Shown here: positions 47,470 to 58,570 of the stretch, in pieces
Position numbering within the stretch: position 1 is the stretch's first letter
Layout: every line of letters starts with the position of its first letter
Assembly: GCA_963668715.1 (NCBI GenBank)
Contig: OY764960.1
Coordinates: forward strand, 2,511,602-2,575,601
Direction of reading: 5' to 3'
DNA length: 64,000 bases
DNA from: Bacteroidales bacterium
Lineage (GTDB): Bacteria > Bacteroidota > Bacteroidia > Bacteroidales > VadinHA17
Notes under the pieces: generated by a model
The model's database searches: none
The model's input: only the letters and a program-made list of their open reading frames with translations
What the model was told of the DNA's origin: nothing
Program-made: the position numbers and the translations under genes

Positions 47470-47670
47470 AACGACGAAAGACAAAAGGAAAAAGTCGGCA
47501 GTCCACAGTCCCTTTTGCTGGCGCGGATCTCTCTCCGTCCGCCAAAGCTTCAGCACAGGCGGAAGATCCGTGCCTAATCCCTGATTCCCAGTTCCTAATC
47601 CCTTCTCGTTTTGTCACTCGTCACTCGTCACTCGTCACCTGTTCACTTATTCACTATTCACTATTCACTA
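47470..47670. repeat. Mosaic intergenic repeat, locus I (compact; full hairpin core at 47517-47574)
   Basis: ACGACGAAAGACAAAAGGAAAAAGTCGGCAGTCCACAGTC. The core is CCCTTTTGCTGGCGCGGATCTCTCTCCGTCCGCCAAAGCTTCAGCACAGGCGGAAGATCCGTGCC. TAATCCC words follow, then TCACTCG x3 (47614-47634) and TTCACTAT words, ending 2 bp from the citC stop. Confidence 0.9.
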
Positions 47671-47672
47671 AC

Positions 47673-48752
47673 CTAATGTCGTGTATTCATCTTACGTATA
47701 TTTTCCTTTATTTCCTCAGCTTCTTCCGAAAGAAGGAAATTTTTGGTCACTTCGGGCAGGAAATCCAGATATTTATCCAACTCGTTATTTTTTATTGCTT
47801 CTCTTATCACAGAAGCACTTATATAATGTGATTCATTGTCAGCCACACTTTTTATCCTTTCCGTTTCAATTAGTTTTATCCCTTTTTCAGGCAGCAGTTT
47901 TTTCATTGCCTTATTATATGCTGCTGTTGTATTACAGTAATTCTCAGTTCCCACATAACGTTTGTTTATTCCGAGAACAGGAACAATATATTTGCGGAAA
48001 ATTTCTATATCCAGTTCACACTGCCCTGCAATACGTTCCTCCTCACCTGTCCCCTTAAGGAAATAGGAGGGAAATGTTTTACCGGAAACAATATAATCAC
48101 CGCCGGGTATCATAATTACATTATTGAGGTGAGAGATACCTTTACTTATGATTTCCCATCGTTTTTCGAAAGGAAAAACAGACAGATCTTCCTGCACTAC
48201 AAAAAGGTATACCCATTCATTTTCCCCGGAAGCTTTTTCAATGAGATATTTGTGCCCGTTTGTAAAAGGATTGCAGTTAACTACAATTGAAGCAATATCG
48301 TTTGTCCTCGCTGTTTGCTTATATACGGCAAGGTCATTTTGAAAATCGGTTATTGTTTTTGTTCCGAATTCCAGTAACGAATAATAAGGAGGAGCAGAGG
48401 CAATATGTTTAAATCCCAGTCCGCCAAAAACAACTTTGTTTTCCGGTTTGGTATATACAAATACTGTACGGTATTCAGGCACAATAAGACCTGTAAGATG
48501 TGATATGATTTTTGAAAAGGCGGAAGTGTCCCGGTATTTCTTTGTTACAGCCACATATTTAAGTACATTTTTTTGGGATGACCCTGTACCTATTATATCT
48601 CCCTTAAGGTTGTACAGTATGATTGTATAGTCTACGCTTTCAGGTTCAAAATCAAAATCCATCCCACTAAGAAAGCTTTTGACCAGTTTTATGTCATAAG
48701 GATTTTGACGATCAATAATTTCTTCTCTGTAATCGGTGTTTTCAATAATCAT
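47673..48752 (-). CDS. citC: [Citrate (pro-3S)-lyase] ligase
   Basis: N-terminal acetyltransferase-like domain plus a cytidylyltransferase-like domain (IVVNCNPFTNGHKYLIEKA). The stop codon abuts repeat locus I. Confidence 0.85.
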   Translation of the reverse strand: MIIENTDYREEIIDRQNPYDIKLVKSFLSGMDFDFEPESVDYTIILYNLKGDIIGTGSSQKNVLKYVAVTKKYRDTSAFSKIISHLTGLIVPEYRTVFVYTKPENKVVFGGLGFKHIASAPPYYSLLEFGTKTITDFQNDLAVYKQTARTNDIASIVVNCNPFTNGHKYLIEKASGENEWVYLFVVQEDLSVFPFEKRWEIISKGISHLNNVIMIPGGDYIVSGKTFPSYFLKGTGEEERIAGQCELDIEIFRKYIVPVLGINKRYVGTENYCNTTAAYNKAMKKLLPEKGIKLIETERIKSVADNESHYISASVIREAIKNNELDKYLDFLPEVTKNFLLSEEAEEIKENIRKMNTRH

Positions 48753-48842
48753 TGTTGTAAGGTTCGGATCATTATTTTATTAGAATATATTACAGATCAA
48801 TCCCTTGTTTTGTTATCCTTTAATCTTAAATAAGAGGTCTGT

Positions 48843-50231
48843 TCATAACGGCTCATTAATTATATAATAAACAAATAATGTAACAGCCAGCAGATCTGCT
48901 GATCCGCCCGGAGAGATATTATGACTTAAGCAGTAACCGGTCAGGGCTTTAAATAAAGGATTATCTCTGATGTTTCCTTCACCGGTATCAATATTACGTG
49001 CAGCCTCCTTCAGATTGTCCAGAACACTGATGTCCGATCTGTAAAGTATATTTGTGTCGTTGTTTACCGACATTATTTTTACCAGAACACGCAGCAGTTT
49101 ATCCTGGATTTCTTCCTGACTGCTTTTGTTTATCCCTTCGTTGAACAGATCATTCAATAAAGGTATCGACACCTCAAAGACTGTTGGCAGCCCTGCTTCT
49201 GTCTCCCTTCGTATTCCCCCGGCATATTCTTTCCCATACTTACCGAAGCATATTTCTCCGTGTGATATATTCCTGTTGAAGCCATTACACAGTTCTTTTT
49301 TTACAACATCCCGGTTAAGCATCTTTAGTACTGTACGGAAAAGATTGATATCGAACGTCTTTTCTTTCTTAATAACATGAGCCGCGGCAAACAATGAAAA
49401 TCCCATAAGAAAAATGATCCCTTTCTGGGTGTTTATACCATTGCTTGCCCTGAACATTGCCTGTTCCATTTTAAGACCGGTGGTTCTTAAATCATGCAGT
49501 GTATCCCTGTTTACTGTTCCATCCCATTCATATCCTTTTGCTGCAATTCCTTCAAAGAACGTGCTTATTGCAGAAGAGGAATTAATAAACGTCAGATAGT
49601 CCATATCGGTATGCGATCCCCGGCTTTCGGGGCACACAAGGCCCGGTTTTCCGGGAAGTGATATCTCGGTAAGGATAGCCCTGCCTGCCAGTTCGGAAAG
49701 TTTATGACATACGGTTGCTTTTCTTTCCGATTCGATATAGCTCCCGATTTTTTTTACCACATACGATTTTAGTTCTTCGTATGTGTGTTTCTTTTCCCGC
49801 ATACATACGACGGCCGGTTTGTCATCACATAAAAAGCATGTTTTCCTTTTTCCTGACGAAACGGGTTTATGATCCGGGGCAAACAGGTCTACATCAACCA
49901 GCCGGCCCAGACTGTGCTTTTCTTCAAAGGCTTCCAGGTCATTTTTTACTGATTGCAGGCTACAGTCCTGTATCATGACAGGGAAAAAACATATATCACC
50001 TGCTTCATCATGACAGACAGTAATCTTATCGGTATATACGGCAATACGACAGGCAAGCAGATAATTATGCAATTCTTCCTTCAGCAGGAAGAAAGCTTTT
50101 CTGATTGAATTACCGGATTTGGGATATCCCGGTATATTAAGGTTAAGGCTCACAGTTGCATAACCCTCTGTGGCATATTCCTGCCTGATCGACTGCCTTT
50201 GATCTTTTGATTCCAGTATTCCTGTAAGCAT
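48843..50231 (-). CDS. citXG: Fused CitX (apo-citrate lyase phosphoribosyl-dephospho-CoA transferase) / CitG (triphosphoribosyl-dephospho-CoA synthase)
   Basis: The N-terminal about 175 aa are CitX-like (ILESKDQRQSIRQEY...SLNLNIPGYPK). The C-terminal about 285 aa are CitG-like (PGKPGLVCPESRGSHTDMDYLTF...GGSADLLA). Confidence 0.8.
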   Translation of the reverse strand: MLTGILESKDQRQSIRQEYATEGYATVSLNLNIPGYPKSGNSIRKAFFLLKEELHNYLLACRIAVYTDKITVCHDEAGDICFFPVMIQDCSLQSVKNDLEAFEEKHSLGRLVDVDLFAPDHKPVSSGKRKTCFLCDDKPAVVCMREKKHTYEELKSYVVKKIGSYIESERKATVCHKLSELAGRAILTEISLPGKPGLVCPESRGSHTDMDYLTFINSSSAISTFFEGIAAKGYEWDGTVNRDTLHDLRTTGLKMEQAMFRASNGINTQKGIIFLMGFSLFAAAHVIKKEKTFDINLFRTVLKMLNRDVVKKELCNGFNRNISHGEICFGKYGKEYAGGIRRETEAGLPTVFEVSIPLLNDLFNEGINKSSQEEIQDKLLRVLVKIMSVNNDTNILYRSDISVLDNLKEAARNIDTGEGNIRDNPLFKALTGYCLSHNISPGGSADLLAVTLFVYYIINEPL

Positions 50232-51791
50232 TTATTCTTTTATCTGACGAATTACATCAATAATAGTCCCGTCACGGTATTCAATTACAGCAACAATACG
50301 GTCGGTATATTCAACCTGTCTGGCTTCGCCGCAAATAGTTCTCACTTCTTCCTCAAGGCTTTCTATTGTTTTTACAGGAAGGTTGGTGTCTCTGAGCCTC
50401 TCCATCAGGTCCTCACGTAATGGATTAATACATATTCCCCGTTCTGTGACAAGTACGTCAACTGTTTCGCCGGGAGTGACAATATTGTTTATCTTTTTCT
50501 TGACAATAGGTATACGTCCCCTGAAAGACGGGCATACTATAACAGTCATAAGCGCTCCTGCGGCGGTATCGGGGTGTCCGCCCGAAGCTCCCCGTATATT
50601 CCCTTCCGATCCGGTGATAACATTCACGTTAAAGCTGGTGTCTATCTCAAGAGCGCCGAGTACAACAACATCAAGCTTATTGGTAACGCATCCGCTGTTA
50701 TATGGATTGGCATAAAAGCCTGCAGGTATTTCTATATGATTCGGATTGTTCAACAGGGACGAACTTACTGCTGCATCGAAGCTCTGGACATCAAATATTG
50801 CCCTGAACAGGCCTTCTTCCAGCATGTCGACACCATATGAGGTTATCCCTCCCAGCAAGAAGCTTCCCCTGATGCCTTTTTTTTTCATTTCGGACCGGAT
50901 AAACTTGGCGACGGCTAAGGATGCTCCTCCTGCACCAACCTGGAATGACAATCCGTTCCTGAAATATTCCGAATTAATAATTACTTCGGAGGCTAATTTG
51001 GCAATACGTAAATCAAGTGGTGATTTGGTTATGCGGGTTGTTCCGGAAGCAATCTTATCGGGGTCACCTATGGAATCCACCCTGACTACATAATCAACAA
51101 AATTTTGTGTAACAGACGGCGGTATGCAGGGATAATCAACCAGATTGTCGGTAACTACTATTACATATTTGGCATATCTGGCATCTATAGCTGCATATCC
51201 CAGCGAGCCAAATGCACTTGGACCGTGAGCGCCGGTGGCATTGCCTTCTTCATCGGCAGCCGAGGCGGCAATGAAGGCTATGTCAATATTTATTCTTCCT
51301 GTATGGACATCTCTTACCCGGCCTCCGTGGGAATGAATGACTGCCGGTCTTTTGAGGTGGCCGCGTGATATCGCTTTCCCCAGCTCTCCCCGTATACCTG
51401 AGGAAAAAATACCTGTTATTGTACCGTCTTTTATCAGCGGTACTATATCATCGTGTGCTGATGTGAGAGAAGATGAAGCCAGTGTGATATCTTTGATACC
51501 CATTGAAGCCAGGGTATTAACCACCGGGACAAGCACACCGTCGCCACTCCTCAGATGATGATGAAATGAAATGATCATTCCGTCATGCGGATTGCATTCA
51601 AGGATGGTTTCTTTAATGCTTCCCTTAATTTTGTTTTTATGTGGCAGACCTGCTTTATTTGGCGGAGGTATGGTTGGTTCGTCCATCCATCCTTTTTTTA
51701 ATTTCTCAAATGAGCCGTTATATGACTGCAGCTTTCCTATTCCTTCAATATATTCAGGAATATCTATTCCAAGTTTATTTTTTTCTGTCAT
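50232..51791 (-). CDS. citF: Citrate lyase alpha subunit (citrate CoA-transferase)
   Basis: 519 aa, and its position between citE and citXG fits. Segments such as ISFHHHLRSGD and GGHPDTAAGA are CitF-like. Confidence 0.9.
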   Translation of the reverse strand: MTEKNKLGIDIPEYIEGIGKLQSYNGSFEKLKKGWMDEPTIPPPNKAGLPHKNKIKGSIKETILECNPHDGMIISFHHHLRSGDGVLVPVVNTLASMGIKDITLASSSLTSAHDDIVPLIKDGTITGIFSSGIRGELGKAISRGHLKRPAVIHSHGGRVRDVHTGRINIDIAFIAASAADEEGNATGAHGPSAFGSLGYAAIDARYAKYVIVVTDNLVDYPCIPPSVTQNFVDYVVRVDSIGDPDKIASGTTRITKSPLDLRIAKLASEVIINSEYFRNGLSFQVGAGGASLAVAKFIRSEMKKKGIRGSFLLGGITSYGVDMLEEGLFRAIFDVQSFDAAVSSSLLNNPNHIEIPAGFYANPYNSGCVTNKLDVVVLGALEIDTSFNVNVITGSEGNIRGASGGHPDTAAGALMTVIVCPSFRGRIPIVKKKINNIVTPGETVDVLVTERGICINPLREDLMERLRDTNLPVKTIESLEEEVRTICGEARQVEYTDRIVAVIEYRDGTIIDVIRQIKE

Positions 51792-51796
51792 ATTAT

Positions 51797-52687
51797 TTAT
51801 GATTGGAAGTTTTCAGGATCAATACCGGCTGTTTGCAGAATACGCTTTGCTCTTTCCATTACCGGGGCATCAACCATTTTGCCGTCAATGGCAAAAACGC
51901 CAAGCCCTTCTTTTTTTGCTTTTACCCAGCCGTTATATATCCTGAATGCATAGCGTATTTCTTCTTCGCCCGGCATAAAGATCTCGTTTACTATGTCTAT
52001 TTGTCTCGGATTTATCACGGCCTTACCTGTAAAACCGATTTTTTTAGCATATTCCGTTTCTTTCCTTAAGCCTTCCTCGTCGTCGATATCGGTAAATACC
52101 GTGTCAATAACATCAATACGGTTAGCTTTGGCAGCCATTACTATTTGTTTTCTTGCATAGTCAATACCCGCATTATCAATGGTTTTTGCAATACCCATGT
52201 CGGCGGTCAGATCCTGTCCTCCAATTGTAATAGTATCAACACGTTCTGAAAAAGAAGCAATCTGATAAACATTCTGAACGCCGACAGCCGTTTCTATCAT
52301 AGCATGTATTTTCATCTTATCGTGAGGCAAATTATGTTTGTTTTCTATGTCTTCAATAATTTCGATAAGTGCCGCTAAGTCTTCAACAGTATCTGTTTTT
52401 GGAAAACGTATGGCATCGGGTTGCAAAGGAACGATTTCTTCAAGGTCGGCTCTGCCAAAAGGTGTGTTTATATGATTGACACGAACCGATACTTCACAAT
52501 TATAGTAATCTGTATTTTGGATCATATATCTGACCAGTATTCTGGCGGCATCTTTCTGGTTAAGGGCCACTGCATCTTCCAGGTCAAGGAGGACACAATC
52601 GGCTCCGTATACACCTCCGTTCTGCAGCATAGCCGGGTTATTACCCGGTATATACAACATACTTCTGCGCTTTCTTTCTTTATTCAT
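51797..52687 (-). CDS. citE: Citrate lyase beta subunit (citryl-CoA lyase)
   Basis: HpcH/HpaI-CitE family: RRSMLYIPGNNP...DCVLLDLEDAV...HAMIET. Confidence 0.9.
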   Translation of the reverse strand: MNKERKRRSMLYIPGNNPAMLQNGGVYGADCVLLDLEDAVALNQKDAARILVRYMIQNTDYYNCEVSVRVNHINTPFGRADLEEIVPLQPDAIRFPKTDTVEDLAALIEIIEDIENKHNLPHDKMKIHAMIETAVGVQNVYQIASFSERVDTITIGGQDLTADMGIAKTIDNAGIDYARKQIVMAAKANRIDVIDTVFTDIDDEEGLRKETEYAKKIGFTGKAVINPRQIDIVNEIFMPGEEEIRYAFRIYNGWVKAKKEGLGVFAIDGKMVDAPVMERAKRILQTAGIDPENFQS

Positions 52688-52705
52688 ATCCGGTAATTTA
52701 ATATA

Positions 52706-52996
52706 TTATTGTAATGCCCCTTCCTGTATATTAAGCGCTCTCTTTACGGCTGTTTCTACTCTTGCTTTTATTGTCGCGTCAAGAGCTCCTTTGTCTGTTG
52801 CAATTATCTTCAGGTCTTCTATTTCGTACCTGTCGAGTATTTCATTGATTGTTTTCATAATAGAGTCACCATATTCCAGTATTACATTGGAACTGAGCTT
52901 TATTTCACGCCCTGTCCCTTCACCGGCAGGTTCAATAAGTATCATTATATCACTTGATTCCAGCGTTCCTGCCTGGGCTCTTTGAATTAGTTTCAT
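52706..52996 (-). CDS. citD: Citrate lyase acyl carrier protein (gamma subunit)
   Basis: 96 aa. The prosthetic-group serine region AGTLESSDIMILIEP sits near residue 14. Confidence 0.85.
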   Translation of the reverse strand: MKLIQRAQAGTLESSDIMILIEPAGEGTGREIKLSSNVILEYGDSIMKTINEILDRYEIEDLKIIATDKGALDATIKARVETAVKRALNIQEGALQ

Positions 52997-53053
52997 GATT
53001 GTTTAAATTAATTGACCTGATAAGCATTATCTGTCTGTCAGATTATGATTTTA

Positions 53054-55300
<2,247 letters not shown>

Positions 55301-55366
55301 TTATATCTGATGGGTTATTAATAATGTCATTAAGGTATTTTCTGAATGTTACCGGTTCATGACCGT

Positions 55367-57934
55367 TTAGAGGTCTCTCCTGCGGTATACGGAACTGTTT
55401 TTTTGTTTGTCGAACCGGTGATACGAATACACTTCATTTTCACTGTTTTTAATATATTGCTCATAATATCCGAAGTATTCATCAGGCTCAGGTATTTTGC
55501 CTGTAATTGATATTATTGAAGCTATCTCGGCAGACCCGAGATAGACCTGTGCCCCGTTACCCATACGGTTGTCAAAGTTTCTTGTTGAGGTTGAGAATAC
55601 AACAGAATTGTCGGGTACTCTTAACTGATTGCCCATGCACAATGAGCATCCCGGGATCTCGATCCGTGCTCCTGTTTTTCCAAAGTTCGCAAAACAGGAT
55701 TCTTCCTTTAACACAGATGCATCCATCCTTGTGGGAGGAGCAAGATATGTTCTTACACCGGGATTGAACTTTTTGTCCTCCCATATCCTGGCTGCGGCCC
55801 TGAAATGGCCTATATTTGTCATGCATGATCCTATAAATACATCCTGTATCTGAGTGCCTGCCACTTCGGATAATAACCTGACATCATCAGGATCATTTGG
55901 GCAGCAAACCATCGGCTCCTTTATTACGTCGAGGTCTATTTCAATAATATCATCGTAGCCTGCGTTTTTATCAGCTCTCAGTAATGTGGGTTTTTTAAGC
56001 CATTTTTCAGCCTCTGATATTCTGTTTTCCAGTGTGTCCTGGTCGGAATAGCCGTCTTCAATCATTGACCGCATAAGCGCTATATTGGACTTAACAAAAG
56101 AGACAACCGAATTTTCAGACAGATTAAAACAGGCAGCTGCCGCACTGCGTTCGGCTGAAGCATCGGTGATTTCGAAAGCCTGCTCTGCCGTTATGTCTTC
56201 AAGTCCCTCAAATTCGAGTATTCTGCCATTAAAAATGTTGATCTTATTCTTCTTGGGAACAGTTAGCTTGCCCTGTCTGACAGCTACATAGGGAATAGCA
56301 TTCACGATATCTCTTATTGTGATCCCTGCCTGTAGTTTGCCGGAGAACCTTACAAGGACAGACCCGGGCATATTAAGAGGCATAAAACCCAGGGCTCCGG
56401 CAAATGCAACCAGTCCTGATCCGGCAGGGAATGATATTCCTAGAGGAAAGCGGGTATGCGAATCTCCTCCTGTACCTACCGTATCGGGTATTAACATCCT
56501 GTTCAGCCATGAGTGTATCACACCGTCACCCTGCCGTAAGGCCACTCCCTTACGCGATGTTATAAACCCGGGCATCGTTTTGTGCATTCTGATGTCGGCA
56601 GGTTTAGGATAAGCTGCTGTATGACAAAACGATTGCATAAACAGGGGAGTCTGAAACCGAAGGCAGGCCAGCTCGGTCAGTTCGTCGGCCGTCATTGGCC
56701 CTGTTGTATCCTGTGATCCTACGGTCGTCATTTTAGGCTCGCATGCCGTACCCGGTAAAACACCGTCTGTTCCGCACGCTTTGCCTACCATTTTTTGTGC
56801 TAATGTATATGGCTGGCCGGCTTTGGGTACCGGATTTGCATTGCGTGTGAAAATATTGTCTTCAGGCATGCCCAAAGCTTCCCTGGCTTTACGGGTAAGC
56901 GAACGACCCGTGATCAGGTTTATCCTGCCGCCTGCCCTGAATTCATCTTCCAGTGTATCAGGAGATAATTTAAAACTTGATATAAGCCTGCCCGATTCAT
57001 CTTTAATCTTTCCTTCCCCGGTATAAATTGTTATGATGTCACCGTTATTGATTTCAGACACATCAGTTATTATCGGTAAACTGCCGGAATCTTCTGCTGT
57101 ATTGAAAAAAATAGGGGCTATTGAACCGCCTATGATTATTGCATTATTCCTTTTATTTGGAATATATGGTATGTCTTCCCCTATATGCCATAGCAATGAA
57201 TTACAGGCTGATTTTCTTGATGATCCGGTTCCAATGACATCTCCTGCAAAAGCCACCTTATATCCTTCTTCCCTCCATCCTGCTATTGTTTCGATGCCGC
57301 CGGGAAACTTTGATTTTCCCATTGACATAGCATGCAGCGGAATGTCGGGCCGGCTCCATGCTTCGGAAGCAGGAGAGAAATCATCGGTGTTGATTTCTCC
57401 TTCAACCTTAAAGACCTTTACTTTAATGACTTCCGGTAATTTCCCCTTTTTTATAAACCATTCAGCCTCTGCCCACGATTTCAGTAATGATTTTGCTGTG
57501 ACATGATTTTGTGACAGCCGGACAATCTGATCGAATGCGTCATACACAAGACTTATCCCTGAAAGTGCTTTTATCGCATTGTCGGCCAGATCATCTGATT
57601 TGAGGGCATTTATCAGAGGTTGGACATTATAACCTCCAACCATGGTGCCGAGGATTTCAACAGCGTCTTTTTTTGAAATCAAAGGACTGCTCAGATCAGC
57701 CCTGATGATATTATCAAGGAAGCCGGCTTTTACCTTTGCTGATTCTGTAACACCGGGTGAAATGCGGTTTTTAAACAGGTGAATTAATAATTCCTGTTTG
57801 CCCCCGGGAGGATCCTGGAGTAATTCACAAAGGCAGGCACATTGCTCCGGGTCAAGCGGTAAAGCCGGTATCCCCAGCTTTTTTCTTTCCTGCTCATGCT
57901 TCGAGTAATTTTCAAAGAAATTCTTTTTATTCAT
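55367..57934 (-). CDS. acnB: Aconitate hydratase B (bifunctional aconitase 2 / 2-methylisocitrate dehydratase)
   Basis: 855 aa. AcnB-specific N-terminal domain (ERKKLGIPALPLDPEQ). Fe-S ligand regions: FIGSCMTNIGH and IPGCSLCMGNQ. Confidence 0.9.
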   Translation of the reverse strand: MNKKNFFENYSKHEQERKKLGIPALPLDPEQCACLCELLQDPPGGKQELLIHLFKNRISPGVTESAKVKAGFLDNIIRADLSSPLISKKDAVEILGTMVGGYNVQPLINALKSDDLADNAIKALSGISLVYDAFDQIVRLSQNHVTAKSLLKSWAEAEWFIKKGKLPEVIKVKVFKVEGEINTDDFSPASEAWSRPDIPLHAMSMGKSKFPGGIETIAGWREEGYKVAFAGDVIGTGSSRKSACNSLLWHIGEDIPYIPNKRNNAIIIGGSIAPIFFNTAEDSGSLPIITDVSEINNGDIITIYTGEGKIKDESGRLISSFKLSPDTLEDEFRAGGRINLITGRSLTRKAREALGMPEDNIFTRNANPVPKAGQPYTLAQKMVGKACGTDGVLPGTACEPKMTTVGSQDTTGPMTADELTELACLRFQTPLFMQSFCHTAAYPKPADIRMHKTMPGFITSRKGVALRQGDGVIHSWLNRMLIPDTVGTGGDSHTRFPLGISFPAGSGLVAFAGALGFMPLNMPGSVLVRFSGKLQAGITIRDIVNAIPYVAVRQGKLTVPKKNKINIFNGRILEFEGLEDITAEQAFEITDASAERSAAAACFNLSENSVVSFVKSNIALMRSMIEDGYSDQDTLENRISEAEKWLKKPTLLRADKNAGYDDIIEIDLDVIKEPMVCCPNDPDDVRLLSEVAGTQIQDVFIGSCMTNIGHFRAAARIWEDKKFNPGVRTYLAPPTRMDASVLKEESCFANFGKTGARIEIPGCSLCMGNQLRVPDNSVVFSTSTRNFDNRMGNGAQVYLGSAEIASIISITGKIPEPDEYFGYYEQYIKNSENEVYSYHRFDKQKNSSVYRRRDL

Positions 57935-58088
57935 CTGTTTGTAATATAATTTTCAGGTTGTTAAACACAATAACTGAGTTATTAAGATCGTCTGTAAAAT
58001 GTTGATTCAAAATATGTTTTGTTTCTCTGTCTGTTATTTATCCTGTTAACTAATTGTAATCTTATTTTAATTTTTGCCTTACATAATA

Positions 58089-58119
58089 AAAGCGTATTCA
58101 TCATGGGAGAATACGCTTT
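58089..58119 (-). terminator. Terminator-like hairpin in the acnB 5' region (possible leader attenuator or sRNA 3' end)
   Basis: Perfect 11-bp stem AAAGCGTATTC / GAATACGCTTT with a 9-nt loop. On the minus strand it is followed by TATTATG, a weak U-tract. It lies 155-185 bp upstream of the acnB ATG. Confidence 0.3.
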
Positions 58120-58210
58120 CTATATATTCAACTGCAGAAATCTGAAGCTGTAATAATCCCAGTACATGGGATCATCTTAATATACTCTTTGATTTTTTGT
58201 TCGCCGAGCC

Positions 58211-58241
58211 TGTACAAAATGTCATAGTACCTGTTTGTACA
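58211..58241. promoter_or_regulatory. Inverted repeat TGTACAAA-N15-TTTGTACA upstream of acnB
   Basis: The 8-bp arms are perfect. CCTGTAC recurs at 58209 and 58257. Confidence 0.25.
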
Positions 58242-58404
58242 GCGGTATTGCCCGGACCTGTACTGACTATTTTTTACAATACCTTTAAGTACAATTTTAC
58301 GAAGCAAAGTAAAATGCTAAATGATTTAAAACCAAAGAATTCTGGCAATATTTAGTAATGATTTTTATCATTGTTTTTTTTATCTGACTGGTTAACAGAT
58401 GCTG

Positions 58405-58418
58405 ATGTTATACAACAT
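58405..58418. promoter_or_regulatory. Third ATGTT-N4-AACAT palindrome (ATGTTATACAACAT) in the acnB/gldB divergent region
   Basis: Seen directly. It lies 153 bp upstream of the gldB ATG (58571) and 471 bp upstream of the acnB ATG (57934). Confidence 0.35.
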
Positions 58419-58536
58419 GCCTGTTATAAAGGGTAATCTGTAACGAAATACTTCAAATAAGATTGAAAAAGTGAATTACTTAAAGATATATTTCAAGAAA
58501 CATGAAAATAATATTAACAAACAACAGTTATTCTAA

Positions 58537-58544
58537 TATTTTTG
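58537..58544 (+). promoter_or_regulatory. -7 promoter box (TATTTTTG) for gldB
   Basis: Matches TAnnTTTG and ends 27 nt before the ATG at 58571. Confidence 0.45.
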
Positions 58545-58570
58545 TACATATAAAGAAAACAAGAGATATA

